Shown piece after piece: positions 35,986 to 48,367 of a stretch of 64,000 nucleotides of DNA. The notes under the pieces are model-generated. The model saw only the letters and a list, made by a program, of their open reading frames with translations, was not told the DNA's origin and did not search any database. The DNA comes from Takakia lepidozioides (Eukaryota; Plantae; Bryophyta), in NCBI GenBank assembly GCA_030704615.1, contig CM060732.1, positions 34,286,001 to 34,350,000 on the forward strand. The letters run 5' to 3'. The translations under genes and the position numbers were made by a program. Each line of letters begins with the position of its first letter. The first letter of the stretch is position 1.

Positions 35986-37632
35986 GTAAATGCCTGTTGG
36001 ATTACAGAGAGTAACAGATGCAATTGAGAATAGGAACTTGTGTGGTAAGTTGAGTTGGGTGTTTGCTGGAACAAATGTAGGCTGTCATTGTCAGCTGCTA
36101 ACAGCAATGCAAGGATATATGCATGATCTATGCAGAGGCATGGATAGCTGAAGGAGCAGGGATAGAGTGTGGGTCCAGATCATCCAAGAAAGCCGATTTC
36201 AAGCTCCAGATTACCGATGATTCCCTGTGGAAGGATAGCTACAAGAAACCTGCATGGGTAGATGGTCATGGGTAGATGGTAGATAGTTTGGAGTGACTTT
36301 GATATGATACTGCCAAAGTGACAATAAAAAAGTATCCATAAACAGGTAATAGTAGCAGATGCAATTCAGCACAGGCACTAAGGCAAACTCTCCTTCCCCG
36401 TAAGGGTGTGTTTTGGTATCTGAGCGAATAAATATTTTATCTAAGAATATAATTTCAAAAATTCGTTATTTAATAATGTGCCACTGTCCCATGTTGGTCA
36501 GTAATAATAATTATAATAACAAATAATTATAATAATTATTTTAGTAATTATAATAACAATAAAGTAAATCTACAACCCCCAACAGCGACGCTTGTCAATT
36601 GACATGAGGAACCACGTGTCAAAATCACGATGCGACACATGCTGACGTCTGATTCCCTCCTCTGCAGTCGGATGGCATCGCAGTCTGACACGTGGCGTGT
36701 TCTGTAGAGAGCACGTGTCTCTATTACACAGCGGCTGACATGGACCCGTTCAGTCATTCAGTAATGCCAACGTGTATGACTACCCCTACAGCTGCTCTGG
36801 CGCCACGTGACAGCCAGCCTGGAGAGTCATATCTGCCATGTCACAACTGACTAGGTCTTTACGTCTGCAGAGTCAGGAAGTCGTAAATGGCTTCCATGAC
36901 TGCATTTGCAGTCATAACACAGAGACGTAAAAGCCGCAATTTGTTGTAGTGGGAGGCTTTGTGCAAGTGCAGCTTTGATGGGAGTTTCACACAGGCATTC
37001 TGTGAAACAAACACGCCTGCTATCACTGTTCTACTTTGATAAAAGCAACCTTGTATCTGACAAGACTTTGACTCCTCATCACTTGTATGTCTGAATGTGC
37101 TCATTAAGTAGGCGCTGCATGGCTTAAGTGTTTGTTGTATTATTTTGGTGTACAACATTTGTTATTTTTGAGTAAAATTGTCAACAAGTTTGATTCATTT
37201 GTCATGGCATGTTATTGGCAGATGCTTTTGCACGTTTGGGGGAGAAGACAACTATATTGTCACCGGAAGTATTGGTTGCTGCAGATGTGCCACATTGCAG
37301 GTTGGTCAAATTGCCCACATTTTGTCTTACTGTGACGTAAGTTAAGATGTTGAACTTGGAAGTGGAGGAAATGTTTATACATCCCTCTTTCTCAATTTGA
37401 GGAAGGTAATTTTTCTTCTTTTGATTGTTTTGATGAGAATGTCTTGGTATCTTTGTCATGCATGAGCTGGCGGATTTAGGATTGCAGCAAGTCTTTGGTT
37501 CTTTATAGGTGATGCTTCAATGATCTCACCGCTCCCTCCCCAAACTCCGTTGTCCGTCTATGTCAATGATTGGTGAGCCACCAACTCTTTGCAACCTTGT
37601 TGTGGGCTTTGCTTATCATCTGTTGGTGGCAG

Positions 37633-37700
37633 GCTTGTGCACAATGTTGGTGAGTATGTTGTGACCATTCCACGTCCCTATCATTTGGGCTTCAGCCATG
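37633..37700 (+). pseudogene. Second JmjC exon fragment
   Basis: RLVHNVGEYVVTIPRPYHLGFSHG contains the third Fe ligand His; preceded by AG. Confidence 0.85.
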
Positions 37701-38159
37701 GCGTGACCCCCAACTCCTACCTTATTTGTGAGTTGGTTCTCAGCTGGTGGCAAATGATAAGTTTGTTTCCTTTGAACTTAGCCCAGAGGTGTCCTTCTGT
37801 CAATTGTATATTTGGTACTAAGCCAGTAAAGAATCCCCTGCTACATGGCATGCCTATTGCATGAATCAATGTCCTCTGAAGAACCATTGCAGCATAAGTG
37901 ACCGGCTCTTTGCATCTCTGATGTACCATTTAAGGCTCTATTCCCAATAACACCCTTAGAGCTGGCTGCGAGGTTTCAGTCCACCAGTATATATGAAACT
38001 AGACCCAAATTGCCATGGGAATTGAATGTGGATTTATGTCCATTATTTAGGAATTGTGAGGTTGATTTCAGACTGCTCCTCTAGCAGAAAGAGAGCGAGG
38101 GCTAATACATGTGGATAAAGGGGCTGAGAGGAAATGTCCCTGATGGTATGGCATGGCAG

Positions 38160-38310
38160 CTCGGATGAGGCATCATGGAAGCATGCCGCAGAATTATTGG
38201 ATAATGTGGCAGCACATGGGGAGACCAATGGGTTTGAGGTGCCTTGCCTGTTCATAGCTGCCAAAGATGATCTTGAGCCTGATCCTGCTTGCATCCACAA
38301 CTCTGCACGG
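38160..38310 (+). pseudogene. MIRO: Mitochondrial Rho GTPase (Miro) exon fragment
   Basis: SSDEASWKHAAELLDNVAAHGETNGFEVPCLFIAAKDDL..NSAR with AG/GT boundaries, matching the plant Miro second GTPase domain. Confidence 0.85.
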
Positions 38311-39024
38311 GTATGGATCCTACTTTTGTTCCTGTGCATGGCTGTCTTGGCCATGGCAGATTTGTTAGTCTCAAAATTTCTTTCCTTTCCATTCATGAGG
38401 ATTGTGCAGTCTGTCTTAAGGTGGGCATGTTGTGTGGATTTCGGTAATACATGACTAAGCTGCTCATACACCCTTATCTGCTGGTTTTCATTCACTACCC
38501 ACTTTGGATTGGTAGCTGGCATGCACAGGCAGCCTGTTGCTAACCAGTGCTTGCTTGGGATATTATCTATTATGTTAGTTTGTTTCACATATGTCAATGT
38601 TGATGTTGTTATATTGCCTGAAAACTTGCTCATGTATCTTCTGCCGTTTTTGGGCTGGATGGTAATTGAAGGTGGGTGACCAAGTCCGGCCAAGCCAGTG
38701 TATGCATCTTCTGCTCAGGCATTTGGAAGTCTACTAAGACTTTGCAGCTTTGTGCATTTTTGTAGCAGAGGATTAGATTATGGAACGGATCTCTGAACAT
38801 TAAGTCACGTTGTATTTGAATCGATGTTCCAATTTCAAATGTGCTTTCATGTTTCAATGGTGTTTTCGTATGTTTTCAATGCTACAGTCATGTACACGAC
38901 TGCCTCCCATCCACAGTGGCAGAGCCACATCGGGCAACATTCTTAATGGATTGCCAAGCCAATAGGCCCTTCTGCAGGTCCCTCGGCAGATTCTACGCCA
39001 CTCACCTATAGCGCACAACCCGCC

Positions 39025-40938
39025 CACGGCAAACATCTGTGCATAGCTCTGCTCCTTCCCCCTACTGCCCCTCAAAGACTGCTCCCAGCTGGCTTTAGGA
39101 AGTCATCCCTCCATCCAAAACCCAGTGGCTACCTGCCTCCCGCCATTGATCTTCCGCAAGCATCCACACCCGGCATTCTTGGTGATAGGCAGAGACAACA
39201 TGAACTTCGACTCGATACGGATCTCAGCACATGACGTCCAATCCTTCATCTCCAAGAGCCCAACGGCCCAATTCCTACATTATGCAACAAAATAAATGAC
39301 TACTTCCACGCTAACCTCCCAATGTTATACTCTCTCCCATCCACTTTGGCAGTCACCTGGGGAGCATACTCTGAGGCGTTTCCAGGCCTTTGTGATGACC
39401 TCAGCCCTAACACTCACTTTCTGGCTATCATGGACGAAGACTCTCTTCTGGCATCCACCAGTACAACTCTGCCAGGGGTTTGGGCTCAGGAAGATCACTA
39501 CCAAGGCCCATATACTCAAAGCAAATCTCTGATCAGATCCAATGACACTTTACAGAACGCCTTCTCAGTTCTACAAGCCATCTCCAAAGCCGGAAAAGAA
39601 GGAGAGAATAGAGCAGGGAAGAAGCAACACTCGGTAGGCCTCATCAATGCAGCTCCAAACCCAACAAGCGCCGCATGCATCCCAGCTACATAGTGAACCT
39701 GCAGTTCACAACGCTCTTCTACCTTCCCCAACACCTGCTCCAGCTGCATCCTTCCCGCTCTCTGTGAGTCCCCTATCCCCTACTTGGTCCATTCTTATTT
39801 GTTCTTCCATGTCAATCCTAAACTCCATAGCGAATGCAAAATCCTATGCCTCCGACCTATCCTTTCTCTCCTATCCTCTTGGAAGATCCTACCCTCCATA
39901 ACCTACCCACCCTCGCAAGATGATTTTGCTCGAATCCTAGGTCCTCACAACCTACCTCTATAGTCTTTAGTTTCCATTAAGACATCGCTATTGCACACTG
40001 GAAGATTCATACCTTTAAACTGCTCGGGAATCCCTCTCAACATTTCTCTTAGTACCCCAGCCATATTTGTCCACCTCAATAAACCAATTTACACTGCAAC
40101 CATCAGCCATTTCTGGTCACCCTCCTTTATTCCGTCCGACAAACGAATTAGAGTCTGATTCTTTGCATCCAGGCCATCAAAGAGTCAAGTCCCCTCAACC
40201 TGTCGCCAGCCCTAGACGCATGTTAGTTTATCCTCCTGGAATATCCGTGGCCTCGGTTTGGATGAGATGGCTCTAAAACAAATTAAGCTATCGGCGTGGC
40301 TGAGACCACTACTCCCTTCTTTCTCTATTGTCTTGCTTCAGGAACGCAAACTATGCGATAGGAAAATTAGAAACCTTACAAACCAACTCTGGCCTAAAGA
40401 TTCAGCTATTTGGAAACCCTCCTATGAAGGTTCAAGGGGAGGCACAACCATCCTCCTCTCGCCTTCCCTAAAGTAGTTTCTCATTAAAGACGAAGTCTGG
40501 GAGGAAGGGAGAGTGCAATTCTGCTCTCTCCTCTTTCCCAATGACTCTGAGCCAATTGGCTTCATTAACATTTATGCTCCAAATGAACCAGCTCCTAAAG
40601 CCGCACTTTGGGACAAAACCCGCCAGCTAATGTCTCTGCATATCGACATCAGTAGATGGGTCATGGCTGGAGACTTCAACATGGTAGAAAACGAATGCGA
40701 TAGGAAAGGCAAAGGCCCCCACTACCTCAGCCCCGAGGAAGACTCAGCCTCGCAATGTCTGTTGCAAACCCACAGCCTAGCAGAAATAGACCGTCCGCCG
40801 CTATATCGTGCAGGCACCTCCCCGTTCTTCACCTGGACCAACAACAGAGATGTCAACGATCTTAGCATGGCTAGACTGGATAGATTTTACACCTCTCTCT
40901 CGCTTTCACCGGCCACCTTCTCTTGCTCCCAGGAACCC
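39025..40938 (+). mobile_element. L1-like LINE fragment (ORF1 end and APE endonuclease), interrupted by an LTR
   Basis: SWNIRGLG, IVLLQE, INIYAPN, AGDFN, FTW, RLDRF. Confidence 0.88.
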
Positions 40939-43900
40939 TGTCGCGCACCTCAGTTCGGTAAGCTCCCCTTCAAGTCATAGTTACTCGTTTGATGCGCGCG
41001 CCCAACTCCCAACCTGGCCGCCGGGCCAACTTGGAGCTTCGGCTTCTCACCGGGACATAACGGTCCCCCCTTGCTCTCCCTTCAGACCCTCCACCATTTT
41101 GGGCCTAGTGGGAATTCCCTTTGGTAGACGGCAGTCCAGAATAGCTCCTCACTCCTTGGTCGCTTTCCGGCTCGGTCGCTTACTCACTAGTTTTTGGTCA
41201 CCAACGGGCTTGCACCGTTCTCGGGGTTACCACTCCCTATATATACTTTTGTGACTGTCCGCGGGGGTTTCACAAACAACCGTGCCATTTTATGGCGAAC
41301 CACCACGAAGACCCTCGACTCCCGGTGGTGAGTCGCGGTGAGTCTTGGCCCACCCACCACGGCCCCATTGGATCGTGACGAGTCCCAAGACTCCCCACGA
41401 TTCCCACCACGAGGTCTCCGCCCCATGGTGAGTCCTATGCCACCCCCACTAAGTCCCGCTAAGCTACCACCACCCCTTGTGAAGCCACCCCCACCGCAAC
41501 CCGGTGTGCGGGGCTCCACCTAGTGAGCGTCTCCGCCTCCTTGAGTGCCTTGGGCACTCAAGGGTGCTTCAGCCCCCCGTACCTATTGCTGCCATTGCCC
41601 CCACCACAGGGGGAGCCCCTCCTGTGTCCCGACCCCCTGCCCTCAAGGCAAAGGCCGCGACACACACCCCTACCAACAGGGAGTCGATGTCCTCATCGAC
41701 TTGTCCATTTTGTAGAAATGAACATCCAAGTTGTGGCATCCCACATCAAGGAGTTTGTTTCCGTACCATGGCGTCCCATGGCAAAGAACCAAACCCCACA
41801 CTTGACTCTACTCTCCACTAGCTAGTTCGGCCGACTTCCTCCAAGTCTCGGCCAAGGGTGGAGCCTCTCAAGCTCCTCCCAGTGCACTCTTCTTGGCCTA
41901 CTTCAAGGCCAAGGAACGATCCTCCCCAATGATCGAATCGCCTTACTGCAACAACATTGCTTGCGACCGCTCATGATGCCGCTTTTGGCAGCACCTTGAG
42001 CAAAGGTTCACCTCGAACCCTTTTTTACTAGGAAGATAACCTTGAACCAACCGTCCGCCCCAATCACTACAATTGGGTCCGCCTTGGAATGCTGGCCTGA
42101 GGTACGGGAACACGCCGAAGCCGCACTACGACTTCGTCCCGAGGCTACACGATTATAGTACGTGAACGGAAGCACGTAGCTTCCGCGTTAGCCCGCACTA
42201 CAAGACAACCCCCTCGGTAGCGCAGTTATAGTACGCGCACGCGCCAGGTGCGCACTAGCACGTGAACTCTCAAAGAAGGTGCAAGTTTCCTTGCCCCTTG
42301 GATGGGAGTCACCCGATTTCGGCACTGCGCAAACACACGATTAACCCAATTTACCTCTCCCACTTTTGTAAGCTAGCATGCATTCTACACATTAGCCAAC
42401 CATACCATGCATCACCATTCCAAACAAAATAGGACGCACAACATTTGGAAACCATTTCATTTATAACAAATTTTGTACAATACAAGTTTTTGCAATCGGA
42501 TTCCTGAGCTTAGATAAGCTGGGCTAAGCATACATTTCCTCCCCCACGCTCCAAGGTTGATGTCCCCATCAACGCTTCTTCCGCTTTTGAGGTCGCCCGC
42601 ATTTCCCATTTCTAAGGCACGCACCCAATATGCCTCCACATGATGATAGCCCTTCCATTTCACGAGATACTCCGCCACCTAAGTTATTTTGGGGACAACT
42701 TAGGTTGCGTGGCAAAATACTTCACCGTGACATTGTCCGGAAACACCTTCACTGGATTGGAACCAACATAGTGGCGCCAAAGCTCAAGGCAATGCACCAC
42801 TGCCTTCATCTCTTTCTCGTGCGTCGGCCACCGTCGCTCCACTTCATTCAGTTTCTTACTTTCGTAAGCCACTAGACGTCCATCTTACATAAATACAACC
42901 CCCAATCGCGAAGTCTAACGCATCTATATGGATCTCGAACGGACGGTCAAACTCCGGGATTTTCAAGACTGGAGCTTCCGCCATCCGCTGCTTCAATTTA
43001 GCAAAAGCTTGGCCACAAAAAGTATTCCATACCCAGACTTTGGATTTACACAGAAGGTCCAACAGCGGCCCCGCGATCTTGGCGAAATTTCTCACATACT
43101 TCCGGTAATATGAGGCGAGTCCTAGGAAGGATCGCACTCCTGGGACCGAAGTCGGAGGCTCCCAGTCCAAGATCGCCCTCACCTTTCTGTCATCCATTTT
43201 GATCCCATCCTGTGTAATCACATGCCCCAGGAACTCCACTTTTGTGACCCCGAATTCGCACTTTGAAGCATTGGTATACAACTTCCTTTCCCGCAATTTC
43301 TGGAACACCCTTTTGAGGTGCTCCAGGTGCTTCTCCTTTGTTTTCGAATATACCAAGATGTCGTCGATGTACACGATCACAAAGTCATCCAACCACTCCT
43401 GGAAAAGGTTGTTCATCAGCGTGCTAAAGGTCGCGGGTGCGTTGGTGAGCCCAAAAGGCATCACCAAGAATTCATATGAACCATACCTTGTCCTGCACGC
43501 GGTCTTCTCCTCATCTCCTTCCGCCACTCGAATTTGATGATAGCCAAAGCGTAGATCGATCCGGCTGAAATACTTCACTCCTGCCAACCGATCGAAAAGG
43601 TCGTCGATCCTTGGCAAAGGGTACCGGTTTTTTATAGTCACCTTATTCAGAGCCCTATAATCAACACACATCCGCAGCGTCCCATCCTTTTTGTCTGCAA
43701 ATAGCACCGGGGCTCCGTAAGGTGACAAACTCGGCCGGATGTACCCCTGTGACATTAGATCCTTGAGCTGAGTCTTCAGCTCGACCAACTCTCTGTGGCT
43801 CAACCGGTAGGGCGCCTTGGCAGGCGGTTCCGATCCCGGTATCACCTCAATCTTGTGGTCAACTCCTCTTCGCGGTGACAAGCCGCTTGGTAAATCCTCC

Positions 43901-44302
43901 GGCATCACATCCTGGTATTTCTTCAAAATCCCCTTGATCCAATCTCGGCTCGGCTCCCCATCGCTTTCTTCCTTCACTTGTCTTACGTAAAGCAAAAACT
44001 GGGGCTCGTGTGACTCCTCCACGACCCACTCTCTTGCTGACAGAAAGTTTATTCGCCCTCCCACGGGTTTGGGCGTTTCCGACACTCGTAAGACCTCGCC
44101 ACCATTCCCACATGACAGCGTGACTACTCTCTTGCGGCCATCTATGACCGCTCCGGATTTGCTCAAAAAGGTCATCCCCAAAATGATATCCACTCCATCG
44201 ATCTTGCAGACGGTGAAGTTCTCACGTCCCTCCTAACTCCCCAGTTGAAGAGGAACATCGAACGCCAACCTCGTCGCCTGTTGCGGTTCTCCTTTGGCAT
44301 AC
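40939..44302 (-). mobile_element. Truncated chromovirus (Ty3/gypsy): PR end, RT, RH, integrase deleted, chromodomain, PPT, 3' LTR 40939-42534
   Basis: [60 protein letters not shown] abuts the LTR. The insertion point is visible by comparison with the uninterrupted LINE at 59030. Confidence 0.92.
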
Positions 44303-45130
44303 AGGTCTCCTGGGACCAGATTTGCCTTCCCAAAAAGATGGGTGGCTAAGGAGTCCTTGACCCAGAGACACAAATCAAAGCGCTATTAGGGAAGTGGCTC
44401 CCAAGATACTTAGGACCAGAGGGAGGCTAGTGGAAATTCATGGTCACCCCATCCATCTGCTCCTCCTCGCCCTCGACCTCGGTTCTTTGGTCACAATCTA
44501 CTCGCTGGATAATCCAGGGGTTTGGGCATAAATCCACAGGTTCCCCCCTACGGTCCTCCATCTAGAGGTCATGGAACAACCTCAGGCCCTTTCTCAGTAA
44601 ACTGCAGCCCACCACCTTTCAAGAAACTCAAAGACAACGCCTCTTTCTCAATCAACCAAACCCGGATAGGGAAGAACGACAGGCAGCAAAGCGATAAGCA
44701 GTTTGGGAGTCAAGAGGGTTTTCCTCGATTAAAGACCTATGGAATAGTACTCCACAATCCCTTCAACAGGCTTTGGGAACCCTCCGCCTCCGTTGGGGCA
44801 TTTCCCACATAATTTAGTCAATACCTGACTCTTGGAAACATATTCTTAAAGATGGCCCTAGACTCCCTAGACCTCCCTCACCAACCTTCGGCTTCCCTGT
44901 TCTCAATTCTGTCCACTGTCGTAGATCCAGACCTACTTCCGTTATTGTTAATGGCTTGAGGATTTTACCAAAGTTTTCAAGGTTTTAGATAAGGCATGGA
45001 GCCCCTGTAGGTTCATAATGTCGTTAATTCGAGAATCACTCTCGGTTATGGTCCTAGATCTATCCAGCACGGTCCTCCGTGTGTTATGCCTTATGGCAGC
45101 CTGCGGGCATTTAAAGGGTTTTAATTTTTT
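44303..45130 (+). mobile_element. L1-like LINE ORF2 C-terminal fragment
   Basis: VSWDQICLPKKMGG*GVLDPETQIKALLGKW, GFSSIKDLWN, IPDSWKHIL; right end approximate. Confidence 0.75.
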
Positions 45131-45239
45131 CCCTTCAATAATCAAATAATAAAGTTCTCAAGGCACCATCCCTGTTCGGATAAAAAGAAAATAAAGAAAA
45201 AACAAACAAACAAACAAACAAACCTGGGAACGACTGTTC

Positions 45240-45395
45240 ACAATTCAGGCCCTTGAGGAGGGGGAAAGATTTCAGATAAGCCATTAGTAGGCACACATGT
45301 GGAAACGTCACCACCCAGACCAACCGATCACGAACGATACACACACCAGGCAGGGCAGCGGGTTTGAACCCCGAACCACCAAGGCGACACGATGT
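45240..45395 (-). repeat. Second SINE-like copy
   Basis: Reverse complement GTGTCGCCTTGGTGGTTCGGGGTTCAAACCCGCT...TTTCCCCCTCCTCAAGG shared with 32510-32660. Confidence 0.5.
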
Positions 45396-45399
45396 CCGT

Positions 45400-47960
45400 T
45401 TTCTGAGAGCGTCCGACGTTCCCTGCACTTGCGAATCCTCCATTGACGGGCCACCACAATGGACGCCATACCGTGCGCGCACTTCGTCTAATTCCAAAGT
45501 GCGGGGGTCTAGCACTGATCCGCGCAAGCGCTTTGTGGCCTCTTTGACAATCGACATTTCTTTCAGTATCGGCCAAGGCTTGAAATCCCGTGGAATCATT
45601 GCAATAGTCTCTTTGCAACCCGTGTCGACACAATGTCGATTTAGTTGGATTTTGTCCTTAATAACCTCTTCATAGAAGGGACAGAAGAGCTTGTCTTTCT
45701 GCCAATTCGAGTTTTTGGGCTTCCGGGCGCGGAGGTCTACAAATGCTTCCACTATTTTATGATCAAACTCGTCTGGTGAGTACCAGTACCTTCGCTCCTT
45801 CTTTAGTTTGGTTTGGTGCACAAAATCCACCCAGTCCGCTCCACCCTTTTCACAAACATCCTCCATCGCTGCAGAATGAAACGAAGGTGCAAGGACAATG
45901 AGTGACAGATAGAAGTCCTATGAAAAGACTCACCCTAAGCAAAAAGAGGACACATAATGGAATGGAAACACCGCAGCAAGTGAGAACCTCACCGAGCCGA
46001 TGAACTTCCAGTTGTTACGAAGGCGAGCATGTTTGCGACGCTTCGCTGCTCACCGCGACTCTCCACACCTGGGGAAGAACGGTCGTCTTTCGTTACGGTG
46101 ATGGAAACGCAAAGAGGAAAACAGTGCAAAACAGTGCAAAACAGTGCGAAGAAACAGGCGCAAAGAGAATGGAGTCGATTGCACAGGGAACATGAGAAGA
46201 AAATAGAAGTAGAAGGGGGAAAGCGGACATGGCACTGCCAACGTGGCGCGATTTCACAGGCGCCAACTATCCGCCGTCATCGCATTGAATACGTCCACCG
46301 AACGAACGCATCGTACTAAATTCATCAACGGTCCTCGCAAGTGCAGCAGACTCATTTCCCATCGGGCCGAGAGTCCACCGGACCGCCAGTCCAACGGACT
46401 ATTTGATTTGCTGAGGCGAAGTGGCTTTATATTGGAGGCACTTCCCTGCCAGCGGAATGAAGACAAAAGAGAGTAAGGGGAGAACAGGAAAGTCGAACAC
46501 ACCCATTGCGAACAGACTCGCGGCATAACAGACTGATGCATGCACAGTCCAACAAACTGATATCCATAGAGGAGAACTGTCCAGCAGACGGACGTTTCGC
46601 CAGACTGGCGGGAGAACAAGCCAAAAGACTGACCGGAGGGAAAATAAGAAGTCAAACAGACTTAGTGCAACAAACTTCTGACACAACAAACTGACAAATT
46701 CACAAGTGTGACAGACTGATATCCCAACAGACGGACTTCCAGCATACTGCCTCTAAACTGACTGTTATGCACGCGTTAAGGGGAATATCCGGAGCACTGA
46801 CGGGCCAGCGGACCCACTGTGAACAGACTCGCGACACAACGGACCTCAAACATCCACGCGCATTTGTAGATGCAATTGTCTCAGCCTGGTCCGTCTCCTG
46901 GCAAATGCGACAATGTATCGATTCTGCACCTACTTCCGTCGTGGCTCAGACATCTGCATTCAGCAGGTGCGTGTGGATGTTTGAGGACCTTACGACTGGA
47001 TGGTGTTCCGTGACGACTCGAATTGTTTTTTTGTGCTGCCATCCCTTATATAATACCATGTGGATCCATCACAAAGCTGGGTTTCTTCAGATTCTCCACC
47101 CTTTTCCACAACTTATGCACGACGGATGCAAGCCGCTATACTTGGTCGCATAAACAGTCCCATCGTCCGATACGAAATCTGCAATACACGCCCCCATGTG
47201 CATACGCTTTCACCATTTTCGCGCCCATGTTACCCATGGGTTCGTTTAACGAACTAAACTTGTGAAGACTCTCATGAGGGATGCAGTACGAAAGGGCTAA
47301 ACGTATCATGACGGATCACAAGCAGAGGACGTTATCGACGACATATGTCCGCATTTTCCATATTTATGACGTAGAACCAAACCATAAAACGAAGGTTCCC
47401 GAAAGCACAACAAGAAGACAAAAATAGTGGAAGCATATGCACGGTGGTGGCTGTAGTGCCGAGACAGTCCTCTCATGTTCAAGCACACGCTTCATCATCA
47501 TTATGAACATCGCGCGCAAAAGAGAAATAGTCGTGTGCATGGAAACGCCTACCGAACATTGGACAATAAACAGCCGTCAAAAGAGAGCGGCTGGGATTTG
47601 GTGGGAAGATCATTGCCATTTTCGCAGCCCTAAAAGTGGAGGGCTTGGATGGGTTATGGGAATGGACGTTGGCGATCATGCGCCGTCAGCGGACTGGATG
47701 GCAGGGGACTGGCCAACAGCGGACTGGCGGACTGGCAGACTGCTGGGCAACGGACTGGCCAGAAGCGGACTGGCAGACTGGAGGGCAGCGGACTCATGGG
47801 TGGGGGACTGGCCGCGCGGCGGAGGGGGCGTGGGCGCGGTTGCTGCAGCCGCGCCCACGGCTGGGCGACCGCGCGCAACGGTGGGCGGGGCGGGGGGGGG
47901 GGGCTAGGGAGCCGGACGTCCGTGCGCGGGGCCCAACGGCCACATCGCACTTGCCCATTG
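45400..47960 (-). other. Unclassified, probably mobile sequence with an unknown ORF and GC-rich end
   Basis: ORF 45135..45866 (CPFY..NRHC, possibly a decayed zinc finger); GCGGACTGG repeats and G-run at 47680-47960. Confidence 0.3.
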
Positions 47961-48367
47961 AAGACCCTATTATCTTAAAATGAGAGGCCTTACATCAGGC
48001 TATAAGTTCGGGCATGGGACCCATGATAATCTAATTATTTTACTAATATTACAACATAACAGATCCAACGACTGGGCTGCAAAACTCGGTCAACGACTTC
48101 TTTGAAGGACCTCGGGAAGTTTCCCAAAGACCAGACTCGTAGGTAAGTAACGAGCGTGGAGATTCCGGGCCAAGAGAATACAAATATGAGCCAAGGAGCC
48201 GAGTGCAGTGCAGTGCGAAGCAGCAGATCGTGCTCCACACTTAACAGACCAACCCACAAACGCATCGTTCCCTGGTTTTGTCTCTGGGATTCAGGGAGCG
48301 AGCGTGTTTTTCCGGGGACATTCGTTTGTAGGATACGATTTGGTGTTGCTCATTGCGGGAGGGTAGA

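Larger units (their letters stand above)
30903..40938 (+). repeat. Segmental duplication copy A (partner 54278-59030)
   Basis: 30903-32027 ~ 54278-55296; 36952-38760 ~ 55299-57105; 39025-40938 ~ 57107-59030. Near-identical ORF pairs, e.g. 40258..40476 and 58351..58569. Confidence 0.92.
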
